DNA of 64,000 nucleotides from Opitutia bacterium (GTDB lineage: Bacteria; Verrucomicrobiota; Verrucomicrobiia; Opitutales; Opitutaceae): positions 448,001 through 512,000 of the forward strand of contig CANJVR010000001.1 in the NCBI GenBank assembly GCA_947478395.1. The letters run 5' to 3'. Positions 51,232 through 61,631 of the stretch are shown here, piece after piece (positions within the stretch are counted from its first letter, which is position 1; every line of letters begins with the position of its first letter). The notes beneath the pieces are model-generated. The model was not told where the DNA came from and did no database searches. It was given only the letters and a program-made list of their open reading frames with translations. Both the position numbers and the translations under genes were made by a program.

Positions 51232-54200
51232 TTGATGCGCAGAATGCCGGCCGCGCCCCAAACCTCGAAAGACGCCAGTGTGCCAGCGGCACTGGGTCGC
51301 GTCCGTTTCAGACGTGGCCTTGCGGCGGTCGCATTCATGCTGGTGGTTGGGGCCTTGGGACTCCGCTGGCTGGCGGAAACCGAAACCGACCTTCCGCCGA
51401 TGGCCGATTTTTTGCGCGACGCCAGCGACCTTTATCTGCCGGCAGCCCAGGGAGAAATCGCCGGCACCGCCCCGGAGCAGAATCACACACCGGGAGCGCG
51501 GGCGTGGGTGCTGACGGGGTTGAAGGTAAACGGCCATTGGGACGCGCGAGTCCTCGCTGTCGCGCACCTTGCCCTACTCGTCATCGGATTCGGGGTTCTG
51601 GCGGCAATCTTGGAACGCTGCGTTTCCGGCGCCTGGAAAATCGGGCTGACGGTGGGAGGGATCGTTTTGATCCTCATCGTGCCGCTCGTGCCTATAGGGA
51701 CACTCGAAGCACTGAGCTCCGGCGGGCTCGTGGTGCTCTCGTTGTTGCACCTGGGTTTGATGTCACGCTCACGTCCGTCCCGGTGGCTGACGACGCTGGG
51801 GTTTTTCTGCGGCCTGTTGAACGTCTTGGGGTCGACCGCCGGCCTGGCGGCGCCCACCGCATTGGTGATCTGGAGTGGGATTCTCGGTCGGCGAGACCAG
51901 GGCGATGGTCGGGCCCAGCGATCGGTACTTTGGCTGAATTTCTTGCTCGTGAGCATCGGGGTGGGGCTCGCCGTGGTGCGATCGAGTCCATCGACGATGG
52001 ATCCAGCCTTTCTCGCCGCGTTGCCGGTGCTGCTGGCGTGGCCATTTCAAAGTGCGGGCTGGGCCGGCGTCGTATGGGCGCCAGCGTTTTTCGGCCTCCG
52101 GCAAATGGGGCGCCAAACGCAACGCGGCGCGTGGGCGAACCTCTCGTTGCTCGTGCTGTGGGTGCCGGTGCAACTCGTCGTGCTGGCCGCGCTCCACGTC
52201 GGTACCCCGGCTGCCGCGCGGGAGATTCTCCTCGTCGGGCTTTTGGCAAATGCGGCGTGCTTCGCCGTTTTCGCCGTTGAGAATCGGCGCGGGTCGGCGT
52301 GGAAGCAGGTGCTGCTCGGACTTTGGGCGATCGCGATCGTGAACGCGTTGCTCTATCCGGCAACGATCCTGCGCGACAGCGCCAACGCGGGTCCAGCCCT
52401 CGAAGCGCCTCTGACGGCTGCGCTGCGCCGCGCGGCGTTCGACGGCGATGCAACTTTGCTCCGAGCGTCCGGGGCGGTGAGCGAAATCGAACAACGCGAA
52501 TGGCTGAAATTGTTTTCCGACAAAAATCTCCGGCGCATTTTACCGGGTTCAATCCGGCCTCCGCTGCCGATTGCCTCCACCGCGAACGTCGAAAACGGAT
52601 TTCGAGTCGACGGCACGCCAACGCTTCCGGGCCGCGACGGATTGCCGGCGTGGGGCACGTGGTCGGTTTCGACAGCGGGTTTGGGCACCGGCGATTTTGT
52701 GAGCCAACCAATCGAAACGCGCGCGCCGTTTTTACAGATTCGCGTGAACGGAGCGCTGCGACCCCCAGCAACAACGCTCCGGCTGCGAACGGCGGATGGC
52801 CGTGAAATCGCGCCGATGGAGGAAGCGTTTGCCGCCGAGGATCGATGGAAACGCGTGAACTTCATGGCCCCGCGCGGTGCGTTTCAGATCATCGCGCACG
52901 ATGCCAGCCCGACGGCGTGGCTCGCGTTTACGGCCCCGCAAGAGGTGGGCCGGCTCACTTGGCTCGCCGGTAAAATAGTGCGGGCGTGGCCGTGGTGGCT
53001 GGCGGCCGGATTGATGGCAACCGGAACTGCGATGGCGCTGGGCTGGCGCGCGCCCGCCGATTCTTCCACGCAGCCCGTGCGCCGTTCGAACGCGGCTGTT
53101 TCCGGAGTGGCATGGCCGGCGCTGCCGTGGCTCGCGGTGATCGCGTATGCCGTTTTCTTTTCCCACCACATCGACGCGACCGCGGGACCAAACGATTCCG
53201 GCGGATATCTCAATTCCGCGAAGTTGCTCGTCGAGGGGCACGTGACGGGTTCGCCGCGTCTGATTTTCGGCGCGGCGGCGGGCGAGACGGACATCGCACC
53301 TTACCTCCCAACGACGTTTCGCGAGACAGGCGAGGGCCGGATGGCGCCCGAGTATCCGGTGGGTTTTCCGTTGGAAGTCTGGGCCGTCGCGAAACTCAGC
53401 TCGCTCGCGACCGCGGTGCCGGTCGTGATCCTCCTCCAGCTCGTGCTCGGGGTCCTATTCACGCGATGGCTTGCCGGCGCGGTCGGGTTGCCCGACGGCT
53501 GGTCCTGGCTGGCGAGCGGCATCATCGGACTCAGCCCCGTATATCTTTTTCAAGGGTTACAACCGCAGAGCGACGGACCAGCGATGGTGTGGGTGACAGC
53601 CGCGATTTATTGGGCGTGGTCGAGTCGCGAAAAACCGGGGCGCGCCTGGCTCGCGGGTCTGGCGACAGCGCTGGCGGTGATGATCCGCCCATCGAATGCG
53701 TTGGTCGTGGTGCCACTGTTGATTTGTTTCGCGGGACATAGGCGGCAACTGACGGCGTGGGTGCTCGCGGGGCTGCCCGCCGCGGGCTGGCTGCTTTGGT
53801 ACAATCACACGCTTTACGGGAACGCGTTCACGACGGGCTACGGCGAAATCGGCACCGGTTTCGCGCTGCGCTTCGCGCCGCTGACGTGGGGTTCGTACGT
53901 CCGCTGGCTGCCGGTGATGCTGACGCCGGTCGTGGGATTGGCGGCGATGGCGCCGGCGATGAAATCGATTCCAGTCCGATTACGCGTGATGCTGAGCGCA
54001 TGGGTGGCCGTGTTCGTGGGTTTCTACACGTTTTATTGGTGCACCTACGACAACTGGTACAACATGCGCTTCGTGCTGCCCGCGGCGCCGGCGATGGTGA
54101 TCCTTGGTTTGTTCGTGGTGCGCGGGCTGACGGAGCGGATGGGGTTCGCGCTGTTTTCGCGCGGGACGATGGGGCGCGCGACGGTTCCGTCGGTTGTCCT

Positions 54201-54603
54201 CGTCGCAGGGCTGTTGGCTGTGGTCGTGGCGGACACGTGGCGGCGGGACGTGATTTACTGGATGCACGCCAATCGGAATTACGCCGTGGCCGGCGAATGG
54301 GCGCGGACTCACTTCCCAGCCAATGCCGTCGTGTTTGCGAAGCCGATCACGGGACCGCTGGTATATTATACGGATTTAGTGATTGTGCGTTCCGATCATC
54401 CCCAAGCGCAGTCGCGCGAATGGTTGGATCGGATTGCGCGCACTGGGCGCCCAATTTTTGCGGTCACCTCGCACTGGGAGCGGAAAGGATTCAAGTGGGG
54501 TGCGGGCCGCGGCGACGGCTACCCGGATATACCGGGCCGGTGGGAACGACTCGCATCATTGTGCGGCGGAGAAATTCTGACGTGGGCGTGGCGGCCGGAC
54601 TAA
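51232..54603 (+). CDS. Large polytopic membrane protein with C-terminal GT-C (ArnT/PMT-like) glycosyltransferase domain
   Basis: N-terminal multi-TM region, central soluble domain, then NDSGGY..AK, YPVGFP, QSDGPA, IRPSN, RFVLPA; start uncertain. Confidence 0.72.
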   Translation: MMRRMPAAPQTSKDASVPAALGRVRFRRGLAAVAFMLVVGALGLRWLAETETDLPPMADFLRDASDLYLPAAQGEIAGTAPEQNHTPGARAWVLTGLKVNGHWDARVLAVAHLALLVIGFGVLAAILERCVSGAWKIGLTVGGIVLILIVPLVPIGTLEALSSGGLVVLSLLHLGLMSRSRPSRWLTTLGFFCGLLNVLGSTAGLAAPTALVIWSGILGRRDQGDGRAQRSVLWLNFLLVSIGVGLAVVRSSPSTMDPAFLAALPVLLAWPFQSAGWAGVVWAPAFFGLRQMGRQTQRGAWANLSLLVLWVPVQLVVLAALHVGTPAAAREILLVGLLANAACFAVFAVENRRGSAWKQVLLGLWAIAIVNALLYPATILRDSANAGPALEAPLTAALRRAAFDGDATLLRASGAVSEIEQREWLKLFSDKNLRRILPGSIRPPLPIASTANVENGFRVDGTPTLPGRDGLPAWGTWSVSTAGLGTGDFVSQPIETRAPFLQIRVNGALRPPATTLRLRTADGREIAPMEEAFAAEDRWKRVNFMAPRGAFQIIAHDASPTAWLAFTAPQEVGRLTWLAGKIVRAWPWWLAAGLMATGTAMALGWRAPADSSTQPVRRSNAAVSGVAWPALPWLAVIAYAVFFSHHIDATAGPNDSGGYLNSAKLLVEGHVTGSPRLIFGAAAGETDIAPYLPTTFRETGEGRMAPEYPVGFPLEVWAVAKLSSLATAVPVVILLQLVLGVLFTRWLAGAVGLPDGWSWLASGIIGLSPVYLFQGLQPQSDGPAMVWVTAAIYWAWSSREKPGRAWLAGLATALAVMIRPSNALVVVPLLICFAGHRRQLTAWVLAGLPAAGWLLWYNHTLYGNAFTTGYGEIGTGFALRFAPLTWGSYVRWLPVMLTPVVGLAAMAPAMKSIPVRLRVMLSAWVAVFVGFYTFYWCTYDNWYNMRFVLPAAPAMVILGLFVVRGLTERMGFALFSRGTMGRATVPSVVLVAGLLAVVVADTWRRDVIYWMHANRNYAVAGEWARTHFPANAVVFAKPITGPLVYYTDLVIVRSDHPQAQSREWLDRIARTGRPIFAVTSHWERKGFKWGAGRGDGYPDIPGRWERLASLCGGEILTWAWRPD

Positions 54604-54814
54604 GTTCAAATTTTTGGCCACGAAAAGGCCAAAACCTTTCTTCCCCTTCGGGCTCGGCTCGATTGCGCCGATCGGCGCGCAGGAGATGCGCAGCGGAGCC
54701 GAATTTATCACTGAGTCTTTTCGTGGCCGAAATTATGAATTTTAGAAACGGCCTCGCTCCGGTTGACGTGGCTTTCGGCTTGGCGTTTCCGCGCGCGGCT
54801 GAGAAACCCATCGC

Positions 54815-56176
54815 ATGGCGACCACTCCCGGGGACTCCGGTCCAAAATCGTTTCGGCTCAACCTAGCGCAGCAAATTTTCCTGGCACTCGTGGTCGGCAC
54901 CCTGCTCGGCTGGTGGCTCAACACTCATTTTAACGCGGCGGGTCTGGTCGCCGCCGATCGGACGGCGTTGCTGGCGCGCAAAAAAATCTGGCTCGATTGG
55001 ATCACGCTGCCGCGCGACGTTTTTCTCCACCTGATCAAGGCGATGATCGCGCCGTTGGTTTTTGCGAGCGTGGTGCAAGGCATCGCGGGCACCGGCGACT
55101 TGCGACGCGTGGGCCGCGTGGGAGCAAAGGCGCTGATCTATTTTGAGATTGTGACCGCCGCCGCGCTAGCAATCGGGCTCTTGATGGTGAACCTGATCAA
55201 ACCCGGCGTCGGCATTGTACTCCAAGGCGCAGAGGTGGGTGCGCTCGGCGCGGCGGCCAACACGCAGCCGCTCACCATGGTTGAGACTCTCCTCCATGTT
55301 TTTCCAACGAGCGTCATCGACGCGATGGCACGCGGCGATGTGCTGCAGATCGTCGCGTTTTCCGTGCTCTTCGCGCTCGGCGTGATTGCCGCGGGCGACG
55401 TCGGGCGGCCGATGCTCGGGTGGTGCGAGTCGCTCACGCAGGTGATGTTTAAGTTTGCTGGCATCGTGATGAAACTCGCGCCGGTGGGCGTGGGCGCGGC
55501 GATCGCCGTGACAGTCGGACATCAGGGCATCAGCGTGCTGCTCAATCTCGGTAAACTTGTCTTCACGCTTTATGTGGCGCTCGCGATCTTCATCGTGTTC
55601 GTGCTCGGCGCGGCGATTCGCATCGCGCGGGTGCCGCTGAAGCCATTTGTGCGTGCGGTGCGCGAGCCGTTCACGATCGCGTTCGCCACGGCGAACAGCG
55701 AATCGGCGCTGCCGAAGGCGTTCGAGGCGATGGAACGCCTCGGCGTACCGCGCGGCATCGTAGGCTTTGTGCTGCCGGCGGGTTACACGTTCAATCTCGA
55801 CGGCTCGACGCTGCATCTGGCCGTGGCCTCGGTGTTCGTGGCGCAGGCGGCGGAGGCGACCTCGGGCGTGCATTTTGGCCTCGGGCAGCAGCTCACGTTG
55901 ATGCTCATCCTGATGGTAACGTCGAAAGGCGTAGCCGCCGTGCCGCGCGCGTCACTCGTCGTGCTGATCGCAGCGCTGCATCAGTTCAACCTACCCATCG
56001 AAGGCGCGGCCGTGATTTTCGCGGTCGACGAACTCCTAGACATGGCGCGCACCTCGGTAAACGTGCTGGGCAATTGTCTCGCGAGCGTGGTCGTGGCGCG
56101 GTGGGAAGGAGAATTCGACGACGCAAAAGCGGAGGCGAATTTTGGCGACGCGTCGGTGGCGGCGAGGCGGGTTTGA
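54815..56176 (+). CDS. Dicarboxylate/amino acid:cation symporter (DAACS, GltP/DctA family)
   Basis: FLHLIKAMIAPLVF, FATANSESALP, GYTFNLDGS, LDMARTSVNVLGN. Confidence 0.94.
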   Translation: MATTPGDSGPKSFRLNLAQQIFLALVVGTLLGWWLNTHFNAAGLVAADRTALLARKKIWLDWITLPRDVFLHLIKAMIAPLVFASVVQGIAGTGDLRRVGRVGAKALIYFEIVTAAALAIGLLMVNLIKPGVGIVLQGAEVGALGAAANTQPLTMVETLLHVFPTSVIDAMARGDVLQIVAFSVLFALGVIAAGDVGRPMLGWCESLTQVMFKFAGIVMKLAPVGVGAAIAVTVGHQGISVLLNLGKLVFTLYVALAIFIVFVLGAAIRIARVPLKPFVRAVREPFTIAFATANSESALPKAFEAMERLGVPRGIVGFVLPAGYTFNLDGSTLHLAVASVFVAQAAEATSGVHFGLGQQLTLMLILMVTSKGVAAVPRASLVVLIAALHQFNLPIEGAAVIFAVDELLDMARTSVNVLGNCLASVVVARWEGEFDDAKAEANFGDASVAARRV

Positions 56177-56215
56177 GGCCAAGGCGAGCGAACCGCCGGG
56201 AAACCCAAATCACCG

Positions 56216-56857
56216 TTACGCGTACCGGTCTTCAGTCCACGGATCGGCGGTATTGGAATATCCGCGCACTTCCCAGAACCCCAATTTGTCCTCGGTGAGA
56301 AACGCGATCGCCTTGATAAATTTCGCGCCCTTCCACGCGTAGAGTTTCGGAATAATCACGCGCGCCGGCCCGCCGTGTTCACGTGCAACGGGAGCGCCTT
56401 CAAAGGAGGTCGCGATCAGGACGTCGTCATCGAGACACTGGTCGAGGGCGACATTCGTCGTGTAGCCGTCGTAGCTGGTGAAATAAACATGCGTCGCGTC
56501 GGCCTTCGGCTGGACGAGTTCGTAGAGCGTGGTAAACGCGACTCCGCTCCACCGGCAGTCGTATTTGCTCCACGTGGTCACACAGTGAAAATCGCTCACG
56601 TCCTCCACCTGAGGCAGCGCATGAAACTGCGCCCAGCTCAATCTCGCGGGCTTTTCCACCGCGCCGCCTACCGTCAGTTCCCAGTCCGCCGTGGCAATCA
56701 GCGGTTGAATACCGAGGTCGAGCACCGGAAATCCCGCGGTCAGTTTTTGCCCGGGCGGCAGGCGATCGGTCGATCGCGTCGGACGGGCGGAAACGCCGCG
56801 CTCCTTTTGTTTTTCCGCCCATTTTTGTTTCGCCTCGATGTAGCGCGCTTTCGACAT
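56216..56857 (-). CDS. Sulfite oxidase-like molybdopterin oxidoreductase
   Basis: RLPPGQ, FPVLDLG, DFHCVTTWS, HGGPARV, YAWKGAKF, GFWEVRGY. Confidence 0.9.
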   Translation of the reverse strand: MSKARYIEAKQKWAEKQKERGVSARPTRSTDRLPPGQKLTAGFPVLDLGIQPLIATADWELTVGGAVEKPARLSWAQFHALPQVEDVSDFHCVTTWSKYDCRWSGVAFTTLYELVQPKADATHVYFTSYDGYTTNVALDQCLDDDVLIATSFEGAPVAREHGGPARVIIPKLYAWKGAKFIKAIAFLTEDKLGFWEVRGYSNTADPWTEDRYA

Positions 56858-57022
56858 GACGGCACGCTACGGGGACGGAGCGCTCGCGCAAGGATGCGAA
56901 ACGCCATGCCTAAGCTTAGAGCCGGCGAGCGGCGGTCCTGCCTCCGAACGCACCCTCCCGCTGGCGCGTTGTTCCAACGGGCCGGGTGCGTTCAGTCCCG
57001 GCGCCCCCTTTGCGCGCGAAAA

Positions 57023-57595
57023 CTATTTTCCGTCGTCAATGAACTTCACCTTCGGGCGGCTGCGTACGCCTTCGATCTGAAGGAAAAAACTACCGAGAAC
57101 GCCGGGCACGATCGTGACTTTGTGCGGTCCTGCCTCCGGGCCGGTGGAATAGCTGCTTTCAATCACCCGCCAGCGCTGCCCGTTTTCCAGTGCGAAGATG
57201 GTGCCGACTTTCCAGCCTTGAAAATCTCCCACCAGCCGCGTTTCCACTTTCGTGTATTCGATCTCGGTGCCGGGTTTCAGGAGGACCTTGGCCCCCGCCA
57301 GGAAACCGATCCCGGATTCTTTTTCCTTCACCGCCGCGGCGGCCTTGACGTTTTGCCCTTCGCGTTGCGCCGCGACAGGTTTATTCGCTAGCGCCGCAGG
57401 ATCCGACGACGAAGCACGGCTGCGGTATAGTTCGACGAGCGCATCGAGGCGGGCGCGTTCCTCGACCGTCAGTTTGCCCAAGCCGGCCGCCGCGTAGTCT
57501 TCCGGACGCACGACCTGTGAAAATTTTTCCTGCGCGCGTCCGGTTGGTAAGAGGAGCAGTCCGAGGACGAGTCCGGCGAACACCGATCGATTCAT
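57023..57595 (-). CDS. Hypothetical exported protein with AAGLxKLTxEExxxLD motif
   Basis: Signal peptide, AAGLGKLTVEERARLDALV, GDFQGW..FALENGQRW. Confidence 0.75.
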   Translation of the reverse strand: MNRSVFAGLVLGLLLLPTGRAQEKFSQVVRPEDYAAAGLGKLTVEERARLDALVELYRSRASSSDPAALANKPVAAQREGQNVKAAAAVKEKESGIGFLAGAKVLLKPGTEIEYTKVETRLVGDFQGWKVGTIFALENGQRWRVIESSYSTGPEAGPHKVTIVPGVLGSFFLQIEGVRSRPKVKFIDDGK

Positions 57596-57705
57596 GATGG
57601 CGACACGAACTTAGAGTCCGATTACCCGCAATGTCATTTCCGCCCTTGCCAACCGATTTGGGGGAGCCTCACTTGCCGCCACCTTTACCCGCAACGACTG
57701 CTCGC

Positions 57706-58191
57706 ATGGCCGGAAAAATATCCTCGCTCCTCGACCCTTCCAGGATCGCGCTCAAAGTGCAAAGCACCCAAAGGACTGCGGCCCTTAATGAAGTGGCCCG
57801 GCTGGTCGCCGCTCACCCGGCCGTCACGAATTTCGATGGTTTTTACCGCGAGCTGCTGGCACGTGATCGGTTGGAAACGACCTGCATCGGTCATGGCGTC
57901 GCCCTTCCCCACGCCCGCACCGAGCACGTGAATTCGATCGCGTTGGTGATTGGCCGCAGCGACACCGGAATTCATTTTGGCGACAAGCCGGATGAAAACG
58001 TCCGGCTACTTTTTATGCTCGGCACGCCGAAGACCAACCCCGGCGACTACCTCGCGGTGGTGAGTGCTTTGTGCAAGCTGCTCAAGGCCGAGGCCAACCG
58101 CACCGCATTTTTTGCCGCTGCCACGCCGGAAGAATTCATCGCGGCGGTCGTCGACGCCGAATCGAAACTGGCTCTGCCGGCGGGCGCGTGA
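57706..58191 (+). CDS. PTS EIIA domain protein (Fru/Mtl/Ntr type)
   Basis: LLARDRLETTCIGHGVALPHAR phospho-His motif. Confidence 0.88.
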   Translation: MAGKISSLLDPSRIALKVQSTQRTAALNEVARLVAAHPAVTNFDGFYRELLARDRLETTCIGHGVALPHARTEHVNSIALVIGRSDTGIHFGDKPDENVRLLFMLGTPKTNPGDYLAVVSALCKLLKAEANRTAFFAAATPEEFIAAVVDAESKLALPAGA

Positions 58192-58498
58192 AGGCTGGTA
58201 TCGCGCGGTGTTTCAGGCGGCATTTTTGCAGTTTTGAAACCCAGGCTAAAGCGCCGCGCGCGATGTTCGCGCCGCCGCCTCAAATCGCATCGAAGCCGAT
58301 GCTAAACAGCAGGCGCAAGCTCCGGCAAAGTTCGGGCTGAATCCGAGGTCGAACGGTAGCCACCGAGCCGAAGCACCGGCTCATTTGCCTCGCCGACGCG
58401 ATCGTTGTCCCGACTATCCGTGCCATATTTCCCATGCCGGCCCGCTCATTATCGGCTCGCGTGAATATCATCACCCAACCCATCCCCGCTCCCGCGCC

Positions 58499-59464
58499 AT
58501 GATCCATTCGTTCATTTTCAGCGAAGGCAAACTGGTCAGCCGCGATCTTGAAATCGAAGCGCTGCGGCTCGTGCATGGCGACAAAGGCCTCGTCCTTTGG
58601 GTTGATCTGGATCAACCCACCGACGAAGAAAGCAAGGCGATCCTTGAGGGCGTTTTCGCGTTTCACCCGCTGGCCATCGAGGACTGCCTGACCCCGAGCC
58701 CGCTGCCGAAAATCGAGGATTACGACGACTACCTCTTCATGGTGACGCATGCGGTCGACTTTTCGCGCACCGACAAGTTCGCCACCACCGAGCTCGACCT
58801 TTTTCTCGGCAAGGAATTTCTCGTCACCTTTCACCGCTCACCGCTCCGGTCCGTCACGAGCGCGCTCGAACGCGTGGCCAAAAGTACCGCCCGCGGTCCC
58901 GACCGGCTCGCGCATACCTTGCTCGACCATTTGGTAGACAACTACCAGCCGGTCATGGACGAACTCCGCGGGGAATTGGAAGAGCTCGAGGAAAACGTGC
59001 TTTCCCAAGCGTCCGCCCAGAAAAAACTGGTCAATGAACTGCTGGCCGTCCGCGGCGATTTCTCGCGGTTGCGCCACATCGTGCGTCCGCAACGCGACGT
59101 CATCGACCGGCTGGCCCGCGGTGACAGCAAATTCATCCGCCCGGTCCTGCTCCCGTATTATCGCGATCTGCGCGACAACCTCGCCCGGCTCGAGGACACC
59201 GCGATGAATTATCACGAGCGCCTCATGATGGCCTTCGACATTTACCTTAACAAAGCCGCGTTCGAGGCCAACGAAGGCATCAAGTTTCTCACCGCGCTCA
59301 CCGCCGTCACGCTGCCCGCGGTACTCGTCGGCGGGTGGTACGGGATGAACTTCGACTCGATGCCCGAACTGAAATCGCCCCACGGCTACCTTTACGCGTG
59401 CGCCCTGACCTTAGTTTCAACGCTGCTGATGATCGTTTATTTGAAGAAGAAAAAGTGGTTCTAG
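58499..59464 (+). CDS. corA: CorA family Mg/Co transporter
   Basis: WVDL, FHPLAIEDC, PKIEDY, YGMNF signature, two C-terminal TMs. Confidence 0.92.
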   Translation: MIHSFIFSEGKLVSRDLEIEALRLVHGDKGLVLWVDLDQPTDEESKAILEGVFAFHPLAIEDCLTPSPLPKIEDYDDYLFMVTHAVDFSRTDKFATTELDLFLGKEFLVTFHRSPLRSVTSALERVAKSTARGPDRLAHTLLDHLVDNYQPVMDELRGELEELEENVLSQASAQKKLVNELLAVRGDFSRLRHIVRPQRDVIDRLARGDSKFIRPVLLPYYRDLRDNLARLEDTAMNYHERLMMAFDIYLNKAAFEANEGIKFLTALTAVTLPAVLVGGWYGMNFDSMPELKSPHGYLYACALTLVSTLLMIVYLKKKKWF

Positions 59465-59545
59465 GATCTTCGGGGAAAGTCTAGCGGCGGCGCTGGTCGC
59501 GGAGATGAAGAAGGCCGCGCGATCGGCTCCCGTCAGAACACGGCT

Positions 59546-60370
59546 TCACGCCGGGACGACGGCCGGCCCCAAAGCTTCGCCGGCGCCGCGGTTGACGGCC
59601 TGACCGGCGGCCACCGGCTCTAGCGGCCACACGGCGACGTCCGCGGCGTTCGAGCTCACGACGTGATCCGGCGCACCACCAGCGCCCTTCAGGCCGGCGA
59701 GATCCAGCATCGTATCGTCCCAGACGGGCACGACGGCGGCGCCGATTTGATAGGGAGCGTGGTGCACACGCCCCGTGAGCAACCGCCCTTGGGGAGCGTC
59801 CCACGCGAAAAGCCGGTAACGTTCCACCAAGAAAAATTCCAAGCTGCCGGGCTGGGCCTCGTGACGTTCATGGGCCGGCGGACCGCGATATACGAACCGA
59901 GTCGCGGACTCGACCGGCCCGGCCCGCCGAGTAGCCCGGAAGTCCACTTCGCCCGTCGCCGGGTCGATCGTCGCGCTCATCGCCGCGTGTTCGTAGGGCA
60001 GATGAAACAACGTTCGCGCCACTTTCACGGCAAGCCACCGATTGCAATCGAGCGAGTAGAACCAAACGCCGGGCCGACCTTCGGCGTCGTGAACGTAAGT
60101 GCGCACATTTAGCTCCAGAAAATCCGAAAAAAACGGAACGGCAGGCAGTCCCCGCGGCCGGACCCGCTGCATAAAAAACGGCACCACGCCGATCCACGCG
60201 CGACCGTCGTGGACATCGACCCTCAATCCCGGCGGGAGCGTGCGTTGAATTTCAACTGGGTCCCAAGCCCAGTGCAGAAACAAAAGATGCCCCCAGGACT
60301 GTCGCATGACCGGCTCTCCGTGGGGACGTGTCCGCTCGGCGAGACGTTGGTCTAGAGTCGGCGTGGCCAT
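59546..60370 (-). CDS. DUF2071 (YqjF-like) protein
   Basis: MRQSWGHLLFLHW, FLELNVRTYV, GVWFYSLD, FLVERY. Confidence 0.88.
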   Translation of the reverse strand: MATPTLDQRLAERTRPHGEPVMRQSWGHLLFLHWAWDPVEIQRTLPPGLRVDVHDGRAWIGVVPFFMQRVRPRGLPAVPFFSDFLELNVRTYVHDAEGRPGVWFYSLDCNRWLAVKVARTLFHLPYEHAAMSATIDPATGEVDFRATRRAGPVESATRFVYRGPPAHERHEAQPGSLEFFLVERYRLFAWDAPQGRLLTGRVHHAPYQIGAAVVPVWDDTMLDLAGLKGAGGAPDHVVSSNAADVAVWPLEPVAAGQAVNRGAGEALGPAVVPA

Positions 60371-60612
60371 GACGCTAGTGAGACCAATTTTGGCCGAGGT
60401 CGCAACCGGTAGTCGGGTTAATTGTGAGACCTTGAGCGCCTCGAACGAGGTCGGGGGGCGTTAGCCCTCACGCCCCGGCGGGGCCCGCCGGCGTGGTGGG
60501 CAGCGGCGCAATAACCATCCCTCCCTTCGGGACGTTTCCTGCTGAAGAACCTGATGCGGCGATCGTCACACCTGTTCTTGCCGCGCGGGGCGGGCGACTT
60601 ACAACTCAAGCG

Positions 60613-61206
60613 ATGATCGGACTTCAGGAAGGAGCTTCGGCCCGTAAAAAGAAACCCGCTGAACGGGTCTACGCTCTCCGCCTTGCGGTGGTGGGAGCGG
60701 AGCCACGCATCTGGCGACGTTTGCTCGTGCGCGAAACGATGTGGCTCTCCCGCCTGCACGATAGCATCCAGATCGTGTTCGACTGGTTCGACTATCAAAC
60801 CCACGCGTTCAATCTCGACGACCTCCGTTTCGGAAATCCGTTGAAGCGAGAGGACATTAACATCGAGGACGATCGCGATGTCGCGCTCGCAGATCTGGAT
60901 CCGGAGACCCGCGAGCGTTTCACCTACAGTTATCATTTCGGCGAAGGCTGGCAGGTGGAGATAAAAATTGAAAAGGCCCTCGCGCTCGCGAAGGGCCAGT
61001 CCTACCCGGCCTGCCTAGCCGGTGAACGCGCGGGTCCGCCGGAAGATTGCGGCGGACTTGAAGCCTACCACGACATGCTCGCGTGCTTGAAAGAGCCCGA
61101 CACCGACCTCGGCCGGGAATGGCGCGAATGGGTCGGCCCCGACTACGATGCCGCGTCGTGCGATCTGGAAAAAATCAACAAGGCGCTGAAGCGCTTGGGC
61201 AAGTAA
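60613..61206 (+). CDS. pRiA4b ORF-3 family protein
   Basis: PRIWRRLLV, LHDSIQIVFDW, YSYHFGEGW, GERAGPPEDCGG. Confidence 0.85.
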   Translation: MIGLQEGASARKKKPAERVYALRLAVVGAEPRIWRRLLVRETMWLSRLHDSIQIVFDWFDYQTHAFNLDDLRFGNPLKREDINIEDDRDVALADLDPETRERFTYSYHFGEGWQVEIKIEKALALAKGQSYPACLAGERAGPPEDCGGLEAYHDMLACLKEPDTDLGREWREWVGPDYDAASCDLEKINKALKRLGK

Positions 61207-61631
61207 GGACGCGGTCCGCGACCAGCTCCGAACCTGCGGAGCGTTGCGCGACGGACGCGCTTTGACCCGCCCCTACAACGGTTCAATCAAAAGCGCGTCG
61301 GCGAACGACGTGACCGCAGGCGTCCCGGCCCGCCGCCGCACGAAACGGCCGTGCGTCGATTCAGCTCCAGTCGGTTTTTGGCCACCACGCATCAGTCCCC
61401 ACGAGCGCGATCGACCAGAAAGATAAAGACCCATCCGGATTTTCAAAATTCATCTAAGAATCGGCGAGGTCTTCAATTCCATTTGCCGTCAAGAAATAGC
61501 CGCGCTGAGCCACCGACCCCAGTCCGCGCGTCGAACCGCCTCACGACAAAATATGAGGCCGCCAGCCGCCCAGAGAGTTAAAGATCAATTCTGGTTGTCG
61601 CCCGATGCCAGTCGCGTGACCTTGCCCCGTC

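Noticed and set aside
51232..54603. GT-C gene as a peptide-glycosylating (glycocin) enzyme for the adjacent cluster
   Set aside because: Divergently transcribed; known glycocin transferases are soluble GT2-type enzymes and these cores lack the Cys scaffold
60613..61206. pRiA4b ORF-3 gene as a sign of plasmid integration
   Set aside because: The family is common on chromosomes; no rep, mob or integrase genes nearby
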